Source of the DNA: Nitrospirota bacterium
GTDB taxonomy: Bacteria; Nitrospirota; UBA9217
Length of the DNA stretch: 64,000 nt
Assembly (NCBI GenBank): GCA_963790205.1
Contig: CAWBNQ010000003.1
Coordinates: 608,785-672,784, forward strand
Direction: 5' to 3'
Below the pieces are notes generated by a model. That model was not told the origin of the DNA. It was given only the letters and a program-made list of their open reading frames with translations, and made no database searches. This document shows, one piece after another, positions 17,931 through 28,133 of this stretch. Numbering within the stretch: position 1 is the first letter of the stretch; each line of letters begins with the position of its first letter. Made by a program: the position numbers and the translations under genes.

Positions 17931-19378
17931 GCTAATTCGATATATTCCCGGTATGCCATCCTGTATGGAACCCATCCCCCCGGATACCCTTGCTCGCTTT
18001 AACAACTTCATGAAACGGCATAATGTCGCCCCTCTTTGCCGGTCCGATTACCGGAAGTGGCTCCGCTATTTTCTCGACTTTCGCGCCAAATATTCTCTGC
18101 CCGACCCTCATACCGATCAAGTGAAGCTGTTTGCGGAAAAGTTGCGGTCGAAGAATCAAACCACGGCGCAGGTAAAACAGGCGACTGATGCGATCTCGCT
18201 TTATTTCTCTCTCCAGCCTGAAATTGAAATTGTCTCTACGACGGGGCTCATGCGGCGTCAGGACCGGACGGAGGAACAACGTCTGTCGGAACGGCGCTCT
18301 TCCCCGGAGCAGTCTCCTGAGTTGGTCCGTGAGCCTCCCGGACTTTTGCAGGCCCAGCCTCCCGTCAGATCAGGCAGGCGGTATGACGAATGGCGTTGCC
18401 TCAGAAAAACCGCGTCACCTGCGTGGGACGGGGTGATCGGAAAGCTGGCCGAGGAAATAAAGGTCCGGCACTATTCCCGCAAAACACTCAAACACTATGC
18501 TGATTGGATCAGAAAATTTCAGAATTACCTGAAAGACAAAACACCCGGGGATCTGTCCTCGCAGGATGTCAAAGAGTATCTCACTCATCTGGCCGTCTAA
18601 GGAAGACGTCTCTTCAAGCCACCAGAATCTCGCATTCAATTCTCTGCTGTTTCTGTACAGGCACATCCTGAAGAAGGACTTTGGAGATCATAAAGATGTC
18701 CCGCGCGCGAAGACCTCGAACTATATCCCTGCGGTTCTTTCCCGCAAGGAGATCGATTCGGTTCTGGTTCATCTCAGACATCCCTTCAGGCTTGTGGCCC
18801 AGCTCCAGTATGGCTGCGGGCTGCGCATTTCCGAGGGCTGCCAGCTGCGCGTCAAGGATTTTGACTTCGATACGGGTCTCCTTAGGGTGCGGGGAAAGGG
18901 CGACAAAGTACGGACCGTGCCGCTGCCGAAAACGCTCCTCACGGAACTTCATGCCCAGTTGGAGCACGTGAAAAAACTGCATGAGGAGGATCTCACAGCG
19001 GGTTTCTCCGGGGTCTTTCTCGACGATCAACTTGAAAAGAAGTATCCGCGGGCCGCGAAGGAGTTTGTCTGGCAATGGTTTTTCCCGCAGGAGTCGCTGA
19101 CTTTCATCGCTCAAACGAAAGAATCGCGGTGCTATCATGTGCATGATTCGCGGATGCAGGAAGCTTTCGGCGAAGCGGTGCGCAAGGCGAAACTCACAAA
19201 GCGCGTCACCTCCCACACCTTCCGCCATTCCTATGCAACCGCAATGCTGCAGGCCGGTTACGATCTCCGCACGATTCAGACGCTCCTTGGCCACGCGGAC
19301 GTCAGGACCACGATGATCTATCTGCACTGCCTCCCGCCAAAACCCGGGAAAGAGGTAAAAAGCCCGTTGGATTTCTGA
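17929..19378 (+). pseudogene. intI: Integron integrase IntI, split into two ORFs by a +1 frameshift at about 18590. It carries an about 150-aa N-terminal extension.
   Basis: The IntI-specific patch is present: LEKKYPRAAKEFVWQWFFPQ ... HDSRMQEAFGEAVRKA. Catalytic RxxR, HxxR and Y are present: HTFRHSYATAMLQAGYDLRTIQTLLGHADVRTTMIYLHCL. ORFs 17929..18600 and 18566..19378 are in different frames. Confidence 0.85.
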
Positions 19379-19444
19379 GGCCAGGATCGACTGTTAAGTT
19401 TTTCTTTGCCTTCTTGCCCTTCTCGCGGTAAAATCCTTCTGCAT

Positions 19445-20188
19445 ATGGACATCATCATCGCTCACAATTTGAAAAAGGACTACAACGGCCTTCGGGCCGT
19501 GGACAACATCGATTTTGCGATCAGGCAGGGCGAGTGCTTCGGTTTCCTCGGCCCCAACGGCGCGGGAAAGACCACGGTCATGCGCATCATCTCCTGCTTC
19601 ATGCCGCCCACGGCAGGGACGGTGACGGTCTTCGGGATGGATGTCGTGGACCGGCCGAGCGCGATCAAGTCCCGCATCGGCGTCATGCCGCAGGACATCA
19701 ATCTCGACCCCGATCTTTCCGTGACCGAGAACCTCAGGGTCTATGCCCGGTACTTCGACATCCGGAAAAAGGACGCGCTCAGGCTCAGCCGGGCGCTCCT
19801 CGAGTTCGTCGAACTCACCGACAAGGGGGCCGCCGAGATCGACCAGCTTTCGGGCGGGATGAAGCACCGCCTCCTGCTCGCGCGCGCGCTCGTGAACAAC
19901 CCGGAGATCCTGGTCCTCGACGAGCCCACGACCGGGCTGGACCCGCACAGCAGGCGGGCGGTCTGGGAAAAGCTCAACCACTTGAAATCAAAAAATACCA
20001 CGCTTCTCCTCACGACGCACTACATGGAAGAGGCGGAGAAGCTGTGCGACCGGGTGGCGATCATGGATTCGGGCAGGATCGTGACCGTTGATTCTCCCCG
20101 GCATCTTACGGAGGAACACGGCGGGAACCTTGAGGACGTCTACCTTCAAGCTCACGGGGAGGAGCCTTGCAGATTAAGCGCGCGATGA
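19445..20188 (+). CDS. ABC transporter ATP-binding protein.
   Basis: Walker A GPNGAGKTT, signature LSGGMKHRL and Walker B ILVLDEPT. Confidence 0.9.
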   Translation: MDIIIAHNLKKDYNGLRAVDNIDFAIRQGECFGFLGPNGAGKTTVMRIISCFMPPTAGTVTVFGMDVVDRPSAIKSRIGVMPQDINLDPDLSVTENLRVYARYFDIRKKDALRLSRALLEFVELTDKGAAEIDQLSGGMKHRLLLARALVNNPEILVLDEPTTGLDPHSRRAVWEKLNHLKSKNTTLLLTTHYMEEAEKLCDRVAIMDSGRIVTVDSPRHLTEEHGGNLEDVYLQAHGEEPCRLSAR

Positions 20189-20923
20189 GGGTCTGGCAGC
20201 GTCACTGGACGGTGTACACCAAGCTCTACAAGACGAGCTTTGCGCTCAACTTCGCCGAACCGGCGCTGTACCTCGTGGCCATGGGTCTGGGGCTCGGCGC
20301 CTTCGTGAAGGACATCCACGGCGTGCCGTATATCAAGTACATCGCGCCCGGCATCATCGCCTCCTCGTCGGTCTTCGCCGCGGTGTACGAGTGCACCTAC
20401 GGCACGTACATCCGGATGACCTTCCAGAAGACCTTCGACGCCATCCTCGCGACGCCGGTGAACCTCGACGATCTTGTGGCGGGCGAGCTCATCTGGGGCG
20501 CGACCAAGAGCGTGATCTTCGGGATCACGATCATGATCGTCGTGGCCCTCTTCGGGCTCGTGGATTCGCCCTTGATCCTCCTCGCCATCCCTTTCATCTT
20601 CCTGGGCGGGCCTGATCTTTGCCGAGCTTTCGCTTGTCTTCTGCGCGCTCGTGCCGGGCATCGACTTTTTCAGCTATTTCTACACGCTCTTCATGACGCC
20701 GCTGTTTTTGTTTTCGGGAATATTTTTCCCCCTCGACGCCATGCCTCCCATCGTTGCCCGCCTGGCGTTCTTTACGCCGCTCTATCACCTCGTGAACGTG
20801 TGCCGCGCTTTTTCAGCAGGGACCGTCTCCGGGGCGGGCGTGGACATCCTCTGGATCGTGCTGATTGTTCTCATCCTGGCGCCCTTTCCCTTCAGGCTCA
20901 TGAGAAAGAGGATCATCGTTTGA
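20167..20923 (+). CDS. ABC-2 type transporter permease, frameshifted at about 20610 (extra C in GGGCGGGCC).
   Basis: The N-terminal part is in frame 1. The C-terminal part (PGIDFFSYFYTLFMTPLFLFSGIFFPL) is in ORF 20651..20923, frame 2. The continuous 612-aa track ORF is an artefact. Confidence 0.7.
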
Positions 20924-21015
20924 CGGGTCTTTGTTCCGTACTCCGGTGCGGCGCTGAAGCAGGAAATTCAGAATGCGCGATATCATATCAGGAAGGGTCT
21001 GGTATAATTGATACT

Positions 21016-22005
21016 ATGAATTTTTCCATAAAAATAACGGGCGAGGAAAATTGTGCCGGCTTGAAACAGAACTCGTTCAAAGACACTATTCAGGCTGCCG
21101 GGCACGGACAGCTTCAAGCGCGGAACATTTCGGTGCTGCAGGTCAACATGGGCTACCGATGCAATATGGCGTGCAGGCATTGTCATGTTGCCGCCGGTCC
21201 GGTCCGGACCGAGGTCATGGAGCGGAGGACCGTTGACGCGGTGCTCTCCGCATTGCTCCGGAACCCCATCGGGACCCTGGACATCACCGGAGGGGCGCCG
21301 GAGCTGAATCCTTTTTTCCGCACCCTTGTAAGAGAGGCGCGAAAGGCGGGCAAGCGGGTCATCTGCCGCACGAACCTCACGATATTCTCGGAGCAGGGCA
21401 TGAAAGATCTCCCGGAGTTTTACGGCGAACAGGGTGTGGAGCTTATCGCCTCGCTTCCCTGCTATCTCGAAGAGAACGTCGCCGCAGTGCGGGGGAACGA
21501 CGCATTCCAAAAGAGCATCGCCGCGCTCCGCACATTGAACGGCCTCGGGTTCGGCGATGGACCGGAAGGGAGGCCCTTGAGCCTTGTGTACAATCCCGGA
21601 GGCGCTTTTCTTCCTCCTTCTCAATGCGCGCTCGAAGCGGATTACAAGCGGGAGCTCAGGGACCGCTACGGCGTTTTCTTTACGCGGCTCTACGCATTTA
21701 CGAACATGCCCATCGGCCGCTTCCGCGATTCCCTGGTCGCATCGGGAACATTCGACCGGTATCGCGACATGCTGGCTTCTGCTTTCAACCCGCAAACCCT
21801 CGACAACATCATGTGCCGTGGCCTCGTGAGCGTGGGATGGGACGGCAGACTTTTCGACTGCGACTTCAACCAGGTCCTCGGCCTGGGCGTGGCTGCCGAC
21901 ATTCCTCAACATATTCAGAATTTCGATTACGACGCCCTTGCCCACAGGCGCATAACCGTGGACGATCACTGCTTCGGCTGCACGGCAGGGCAGGGGTCCA
22001 CGTGA
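21016..22005 (+). CDS. Radical SAM/Cys-rich domain protein, ArsS-like (arsenosugar biosynthesis family).
   Basis: CNMACRHCH radical-SAM motif and C-terminal DDHCFGCTAGQGS, typical of the TIGR04167/ArsS family. Confidence 0.6.
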   Translation: MNFSIKITGEENCAGLKQNSFKDTIQAAGHGQLQARNISVLQVNMGYRCNMACRHCHVAAGPVRTEVMERRTVDAVLSALLRNPIGTLDITGGAPELNPFFRTLVREARKAGKRVICRTNLTIFSEQGMKDLPEFYGEQGVELIASLPCYLEENVAAVRGNDAFQKSIAALRTLNGLGFGDGPEGRPLSLVYNPGGAFLPPSQCALEADYKRELRDRYGVFFTRLYAFTNMPIGRFRDSLVASGTFDRYRDMLASAFNPQTLDNIMCRGLVSVGWDGRLFDCDFNQVLGLGVAADIPQHIQNFDYDALAHRRITVDDHCFGCTAGQGST

Positions 22006-22085
22006 GTGGGCGCCGTTGCCTAGCAGGCGGTCGCCTGCTGACAGAAGACCTCAATAAAAAACAGTGATCGGCCGAAGGGGAAAAC

Positions 22086-22703
22086 ATGACAACGACGAAG
22101 ATCACGACGTTGTTCCTGGACATCGGAGGCGTTCTGCTCACGAACGGCTGGGGCAGGGCCTCACGAAAGTCCGCGGCCGAGAGTTTTAAGCTTGATTTTG
22201 CCGAAATGGACGAGCGGCACCACCTGACCTTCGATACCTACGAGTCGGGCAAGCTGGGCCTCGACGAGTACCTCGACCGCGTGGTCTTTCATGAAGCCCG
22301 GCCGTTCTCGCGCGAGGCGTTCAAAACGTTCATGTACGACCAGTCCCAACCCTATCCCGAGATGATCGCTCTGATCAAAAATATTAAGGCGCAACACGGA
22401 TTGAAGATCGTTGCCGTGAACAACGAAGGCCGCGAGCTTACCACCCACCGCATTCGGAAATTTGCACTCGATACGTTCATCGATTTTTTCGTGTCATCCT
22501 GTTTTACCCACCTCCGCAAGCCCGACGCTGATATCTACCGCATGGCCCTCGACATTGCCCACGCGCCGGTGGGACGAACGCTCTCTATCGATGACCGCCT
22601 CCTGTTCGTGGAAGTGGCGCGGGGGCTCGGCATAGAGAGCATCCATCACAAGGCCTTCGAAACGACAAGGACGGCGCTGGAAACATACGGACTGTCCGTG
22701 TGA
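22086..22703 (+). CDS. HAD-superfamily hydrolase (subfamily IA-like).
   Basis: FLDIGGVL motif I and downstream HAD motifs. Confidence 0.6.
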   Translation: MTTTKITTLFLDIGGVLLTNGWGRASRKSAAESFKLDFAEMDERHHLTFDTYESGKLGLDEYLDRVVFHEARPFSREAFKTFMYDQSQPYPEMIALIKNIKAQHGLKIVAVNNEGRELTTHRIRKFALDTFIDFFVSSCFTHLRKPDADIYRMALDIAHAPVGRTLSIDDRLLFVEVARGLGIESIHHKAFETTRTALETYGLSV

Positions 22704-22906
22704 ACCGTTCTGTTCCCTCGGCCCGTCGCAGTGCTGTTTTGGAGGTCCAGAAATGAGGGAATGCGAGCAGGGCCACAATTCGAGGTTCGCCTTCCACTGG
22801 CTGGGACCCGACCTCTGGGAAGGGCAGGATTACGAGGTTGCGGTTGCCGATTGACCCGGTTGCAGGCTGACCAAAAAACCGGCATGTTCTTGGAAAGGAA
22901 CCCCCC

Positions 22907-24433
22907 ATGGATCAAGGACCTTTCATCCTGCCCCAAGACGAGAGCAACGAGCGCCTCGTCAGAAACGTTCATCCCCTGGACTGGAAGAACCCCGAGCCCG
23001 CTTCCCGCTACAATCTCGTCGTGCTGGGCGCAGGCACGGCAGGGTTGGTCGCTGCTGCGGGCGCGGCGGGTTTGGGCGCGAAGGTCGCGCTTGTTGAGCG
23101 CAATCTTCTGGGCGGCGACTGTCTTAATGTCGGCTGCGTGCCCTCCAAGGGGATCATCAGATCGGGCCGCGCGGCATACGATGTGAAAAAAGCGGTCGAA
23201 TTCGGGGTCAACGGCGGACCGGAAGTTTCCATTGATTTCGGCAAAGCCATGGAGCGAATGCGCCGCATCAGGGCCGGGATCAGCAAACACGACTCTGTCG
23301 AGCGGTTCAGCAACGAGCTGGGAGTGGACGTGTTTCTGGGCGACGGCAGGTTTATCGGGCGGGACGCGATCGAAGTCGGAGGCAAGCGGCTCCGCTTCAG
23401 GAAGGCGGCGATCTGTACGGGAGCGCGCGCCGCTGCGACCTCCCTCCCGGGGATCGAGGAGACAGGGTATCTGACGAATGAAAACGTCTTTTGGCTCACG
23501 GAACTCCCCAAAAGATTGATCGTCATCGGCGGCGGCCCCATCGGCTGCGAGTTGTCCCAGGCCTTTGCGCGGCTGGGGAGCCGGGTCACGCTCCTGCACG
23601 CTCACGGCCATATCCTGCCGCGGGAAGATGCCGATGCCGCTGAGGTTGTCCAGAGGTCGCTCCTTCGCGACGGCGTCAAACTCTTTCTCAACGTGAAGAT
23701 CGTTCAGGCTGTCCGGCGTGGCTTCGAAAAGATCGTCATCGTGGAACGGAATGGAAAGAAGGAGGAGATGGCCGCTGACGAGATCCTGATCGGCATCGGC
23801 CGTGCCCCGAATGTGGAGGGCCTGGCCCTGGAAACTGCGGGTGTTGAGTACGATAAACAGGAAGGAGTCAAGGTCAACGCGCGTCTCCAGACATCCAACC
23901 CCGACGTATACGCTGCCGGCGACATCTGTTTTCCCTACCAGTTCACCCATACGGCCGACGCCATGGCGCGGATCGTGATCGCAAACGCGCTCTTCATGGC
24001 CAGGCAAAAGACCTCAAGGCTCGTTATTCCCTGGTGCACCTACACCGACCCCGAGGTTGCCCACGTGGGGATGTATGAAAAAGAAGCAGGGGACAAAGGC
24101 ATCGATGTGCTCACCCTAACCATACCGCTCATTGACGTGGACCGGGCGCTTCTGGACGGCGAGACGGAAGGGTTCGCGCGGGTGCACCTGAAAAAGGGGA
24201 GCGACAGGATACTGGGCGCCACGGTCGTCGCGCGCCACGCAGGGGAGATGATCAGCGAACTATCGCTCGCCATGACCGCCGGCCTTGGCCTGTCCGCCGT
24301 CGGCAAGACCATCCATCCCTATCCGACCCAGGCTGAGGTGATCAAAAAACTGGCCGATGCCTATACCAGGACGCGACTCACGGCGTTCATCAAGAAAGCG
24401 TTTGCCGCCTGGCTGGAGTGGCAGAGGCGATAA
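22907..24433 (+). CDS. Class I pyridine nucleotide-disulfide oxidoreductase (dihydrolipoamide dehydrogenase or mercuric reductase family).
   Basis: FAD GxGxxG VVLGAGTAG. Redox-active CLNVGCVPSK. NAD-binding and dimerisation domains. Confidence 0.8.
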   Translation: MDQGPFILPQDESNERLVRNVHPLDWKNPEPASRYNLVVLGAGTAGLVAAAGAAGLGAKVALVERNLLGGDCLNVGCVPSKGIIRSGRAAYDVKKAVEFGVNGGPEVSIDFGKAMERMRRIRAGISKHDSVERFSNELGVDVFLGDGRFIGRDAIEVGGKRLRFRKAAICTGARAAATSLPGIEETGYLTNENVFWLTELPKRLIVIGGGPIGCELSQAFARLGSRVTLLHAHGHILPREDADAAEVVQRSLLRDGVKLFLNVKIVQAVRRGFEKIVIVERNGKKEEMAADEILIGIGRAPNVEGLALETAGVEYDKQEGVKVNARLQTSNPDVYAAGDICFPYQFTHTADAMARIVIANALFMARQKTSRLVIPWCTYTDPEVAHVGMYEKEAGDKGIDVLTLTIPLIDVDRALLDGETEGFARVHLKKGSDRILGATVVARHAGEMISELSLAMTAGLGLSAVGKTIHPYPTQAEVIKKLADAYTRTRLTAFIKKAFAAWLEWQRR

Positions 24434-24585
24434 GCCCCCCATACCCTAAAAATGTTTTGCACGGGGAGGTCCGATAAGCTATACTTTACACTATCCGGGT
24501 CATGGTCTCTTTATTCTGCACAAAAGTTACGTCTCTTGAACAATCAAGATTATATCCGGAAATCGTTGGTAAGGAATGATGGTTA

Positions 24586-25047
24586 TTGGGGAGCGCAGCC
24601 ATGGATGCCCCATTCGCGTGTTTCAACAGGAAAAGCCTCGAAACGATCTTGCCGCACAGGGGGGCGGCCCTCAGAAAAATTGACGGTGTTTTTTACAGTT
24701 CCAGCGCACCTGATAGGATGACGGGGCTCAAGGAAATCCGTGAGAACGACCCGGATCTTGAAGGTCATTTCCCCGGGGCCCCCACCTATCCCGGATACGC
24801 CCAGGACGAATTTGTTTGTCTCGTTGCGGCGGCGCTCATTCCAATGGCGGTCGAAGATTTAAAGCGCGGTCCCCGGGTCGTCCAGAAGATCGCGCGGTAT
24901 AAGAAAAATGCCGCGCCCGGGGACACTCTGGTTGCCGAGGTGAAGCTCCACGGAAGGCGGAACAAATTTTTTATTTTTTCCGCTGAAATTAAAAATCAGA
25001 ACAACGAGCCTGTTGCTGAGTACGAAAAAATCATCGGCGCGGCATGA
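24586..25047 (+). CDS. FabA/FabZ-like beta-hydroxyacyl-ACP dehydratase (hotdog fold).
   Basis: ILPHRGAALRKIDGV ... EGHFPGAPTYPG, the typical FabZ catalytic-His context. Confidence 0.65.
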   Translation: MGSAAMDAPFACFNRKSLETILPHRGAALRKIDGVFYSSSAPDRMTGLKEIRENDPDLEGHFPGAPTYPGYAQDEFVCLVAAALIPMAVEDLKRGPRVVQKIARYKKNAAPGDTLVAEVKLHGRRNKFFIFSAEIKNQNNEPVAEYEKIIGAA

Positions 25048-25349
25048 TGATGCATCGCCTTGTGATCAAGCAGGCGATGATATCCGTGTTTCACGCGCGC
25101 GCCTTCATGAACTGTAGCGGGGTTCGGTATGGATAGAAGATCAAGCCGGGAACGAAGGATATTCAATGATCCGGGCTTCCGTGGCCCTGAACGAAGAAGA
25201 GGAAAAGACCGAAGGTCGGGGAAAGACCGCAGAGTGTATAGAAAAATTATTCGTATGTTATACGGCCCCACGGACATCATCCCGTAATATCAGCAGCAAT
25301 GCAGAACAGGCTGGCCGCGAGTGCCGTCCTTAGCTTCTTTCCCGTTCCG

Positions 25350-26219
25350 CTACTTCTTCTCGCTCAGGAGCTTATACACAGCCGAGAAATCCTGTTCCCC
25401 CAGCCCTTTCCTGACGGCCAAGGAATAGATTTCCTTCACGACATTTGCCGCCGGCATGGCCACCCCTGCCTCGTAGGCGGTCTCTGCGATGAGCTGCATG
25501 TCTTTATGCATCCACCGGAGCGGAAACTCGGTCTCAAAATCTTCTGATTCCAGCTTTCCCCGTTTCATGGATAAAAACGGCGCTGCGACCGGGGAGCCCA
25601 GGAGCGTGTTGAACAACAGGTCTTTGGGTATGCCGAGCGACTCGCCAAGCACGACGGCCTCGGAGAATGCGACCATGGCCTGTGCCACGACAAGGTTGTT
25701 CACCAGCTTCATCGCTGTTCCCATGCCGTGGCCGCCGATATGGTACACGGCCTTGCCCATGGCTTCCAGAAACGGCCGCGACTCGTCCACATCCGCTTTG
25801 TCTCCCCCGACGTAGAACACGAGCTGCGCCTGCTCAGCCGGGCCCTTTGATCCGGCGACGGGCGCGTCGAGAAACCTGACCTTGCGCTGTTTCGCTTCAC
25901 CTGCCATCAGCTTGGAAAAGGAAGGGTTGACCGTGCTGCAGTCGATCCAGAGCGAGTTGTCCGCAAGGCGGTTCAAAAACCCGTATTTACCGATGAGCGC
26001 CGTTTCGGCGACGGCGTCGGGTTTGGCAAGCATGGTGAAGATGACGGTCACCTGTTTGGCCGCGTCCGCGGGCGTCGGAGCCCAGACCGCGCCGGCGGCG
26101 ATGAGCGGATCGGCCTTCTGCCTCGTCCTGTTATACACGACAAGCTCGTGGCCTTTCTTCAGGAGATTCGCCGCCATGCGGCTGCCCATAATCCCCAGTC
26201 CGATGAATCCGATCTTCAT
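25350..26219 (-). CDS. NAD(P)-dependent oxidoreductase, 3-hydroxyisobutyrate dehydrogenase (HIBADH) family.
   Basis: N-terminal MKIGFIGLGIMGSRMAANL Rossmann motif. Family-typical length. Confidence 0.8.
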   Translation of the reverse strand: MKIGFIGLGIMGSRMAANLLKKGHELVVYNRTRQKADPLIAAGAVWAPTPADAAKQVTVIFTMLAKPDAVAETALIGKYGFLNRLADNSLWIDCSTVNPSFSKLMAGEAKQRKVRFLDAPVAGSKGPAEQAQLVFYVGGDKADVDESRPFLEAMGKAVYHIGGHGMGTAMKLVNNLVVAQAMVAFSEAVVLGESLGIPKDLLFNTLLGSPVAAPFLSMKRGKLESEDFETEFPLRWMHKDMQLIAETAYEAGVAMPAANVVKEIYSLAVRKGLGEQDFSAVYKLLSEKK

Positions 26220-26276
26220 GCGTCCTCCTTGGTCGTGTTCATTCACGGACCTTCGCCGGTGCGTGCTCTTCCAGGA

Positions 26277-27920
26277 TCACCGCTGCTGCGGCCCTTCTTG
26301 CCGCTCTTCGCGATTTTGTTTCTGCTGTTTCTGCTGTTTCTGCTGCTTCTGAGGCGTCGCCGGGCGCCTGTTTATTTCCCGCGGCTCCTTCATCTTTCTG
26401 ACCGGCAGGTTCTCCGGCTGCTGCTGCCTGAACACCGACGATTCACGTTCCTTAACCACCCTGCGCTCCTGTTTCATCTCTTCCGGATTGGTGTTCCTGA
26501 CCCGTGCCGGCGGAAGCTGCCGCTCAGGCGTCCGCTGCGTCGCACGCGGAGGACGTTCTTCCCTTTCCGGCCTCACGGCAGGCGGGGTCGCCGGGGTTAT
26601 GCGCCGCGTTTCGGGAGCTTCCGACCGTATCCGTTCAGGGACGCGCTGCTTCATCTGTTCCCGTTCTGCCCGCGGCACAAGGACGATCGGCTGCTTCGGC
26701 TTCGCCCGGGGAGGGACGATGGCTATGTTCCTGATATCCTGTTCTCTCTGCTGTCTCGTCTCAAGGAAAGGGTTCTCCTTTATCTTCACCCGTTCATGCC
26801 TGCCTGTCCCAAAGGCCTCCCGCTGCACCACGGTCACCGAGTTGTTGACCCGTGCGTTGACGTAGGTACGATTGACGAATACCGTATTGACATTGACGTT
26901 GGTGATGTCCACGCTCCCGGGCCCGTAATAGCCGTACCCGTAATAGACCTCCCCGGGAGCGAGCGGCACCCACGCCACGTAGGTCGGCGTCACGACCCAG
27001 CCCACATAGCCCGGCCCCCAGAAGGCGGCGCCCCTTGCCGGCGGCACCCAACACCAGCCGCGGCCTCCTATGAATACCCAGCGGCCGTAATGGCAGGGCG
27101 CCCAGCCCCAGGGATCATAGTCGATCCAGACAGAGATTCCCCTGATCCAGACCCAGCTGCCGTAGCTGTAAGGCGCCCAGCCCGCAGGCACCGCGGTGGG
27201 GGCCCAGACATAGCCGTAGTCGCCCGTATAGCCCCACTGGCCGTTCCGGTCGAAATCGGACGAGTATTCATGGAGCTCATCGGGAAGATAACGGGAACTC
27301 TCTCCCCAGGCCGTGAGCTGCCGGTCCCGGTCCGCGTTCCAGCGTTCCCATTCGTCTGGCGAACCGATGGGCGCGATCTCGGCATTGCTCTCACTTCGGA
27401 TCGTCAGGGTGTTCCCCGCGTTCACGCGCGTGGCGCCCGCCCTGCTCTCGGCATAGACGTAACCCTTGAGCACCGAGACCTCGGTTGCGCCGTCAAGGTC
27501 GGAGACGTCGATCATCATGATGGAATTATCGTAACTGCGGAGAGACGACAGCGGGGTATCGACCTGGACGGTCTCGATCCCGCCGCGCCGGTTATTGATG
27601 TAGATATGGCCCTGGTCGAGATAGAACTGCGCGGATTCGTGGCTTATGGTCAGAAGGTCCAGTGCCGTATTTCCATCACCCCGGACATAAACGCCCCCTT
27701 CGATCTGAAGCTCGGCCTTGCTTTCTTCGGAGACCCACAGCCGGTCGCCCTCATTGAGCGGCAGGTTGATGGCAGCATCCGTCCAATCCGTGGTGTCCTT
27801 GATGAGCGTCTGTACGTCGCCGTCGATCAGGCTCAATCGTACGAGCCCGAGGTCGTCGGCAAATACCAGCCCCGGAAGCAGCATAACGCCGAGCAGCATC
27901 GCATATCTTATCCATCGCAT
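26277..27920 (-). CDS. Secreted FecR-domain protein with a low-complexity basic C-terminus.
   Basis: Signal peptide. FecR-like block (LIDGDV...GDRLWVSEESKAELQIEGG). W/G/Y-rich middle region. RE-rich tail ending in (QKQ)n. Confidence 0.5.
   Translation of the reverse strand: MRWIRYAMLLGVMLLPGLVFADDLGLVRLSLIDGDVQTLIKDTTDWTDAAINLPLNEGDRLWVSEESKAELQIEGGVYVRGDGNTALDLLTISHESAQFYLDQGHIYINNRRGGIETVQVDTPLSSLRSYDNSIMMIDVSDLDGATEVSVLKGYVYAESRAGATRVNAGNTLTIRSESNAEIAPIGSPDEWERWNADRDRQLTAWGESSRYLPDELHEYSSDFDRNGQWGYTGDYGYVWAPTAVPAGWAPYSYGSWVWIRGISVWIDYDPWGWAPCHYGRWVFIGGRGWCWVPPARGAAFWGPGYVGWVVTPTYVAWVPLAPGEVYYGYGYYGPGSVDITNVNVNTVFVNRTYVNARVNNSVTVVQREAFGTGRHERVKIKENPFLETRQQREQDIRNIAIVPPRAKPKQPIVLVPRAEREQMKQRVPERIRSEAPETRRITPATPPAVRPEREERPPRATQRTPERQLPPARVRNTNPEEMKQERRVVKERESSVFRQQQPENLPVRKMKEPREINRRPATPQKQQKQQKQQKQNREERQEGPQQR
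26310..26345. repeat. 9-bp tandem repeat (TTCTGCTGT x about 4) inside the CDS, encoding (QKQ)n.
   Basis: Read directly. Confidence 0.6.
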
Positions 27921-28133
27921 GGGAAAAGCCTCCTGTACGTTCGTAGGGCGTGATTATATAGGAATAGAGACACCAGTGCCACTGTTTAGGTTTAATTTTA
28001 TTGTACCTCAGGGAAGAGGTCAATAAATAATTATTTTTTATTTCTTTCATCGACACCCGTTACGCTGTGGTCTTCTCTGAAAAGGAGAGGACAGGCGCTT
28101 GACAATGCTCTCGATATGAGCAAAAATGAGAAT

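Larger units (their letters stand above)
11552..19378. mobile_element. Chromosomal integron: intI, attI and a minus-strand cassette array with conserved attC sites.
   Basis: IntI-type tyrosine recombinase divergent from a run of minus-strand low-GC ORFs. The ORFs are separated by about 60-bp imperfect palindromes bounded by RYYYAAC/GTTRRRY cores. Confidence 0.8.

Noticed and set aside
20167-22005. Single 612-aa ORF in the six-frame track.
   Set aside because: It is an artefactual read-through that joins the ABC-2 permease N-terminus, out-of-frame junk, and the ArsS-like radical SAM protein. It was split into separate genes.
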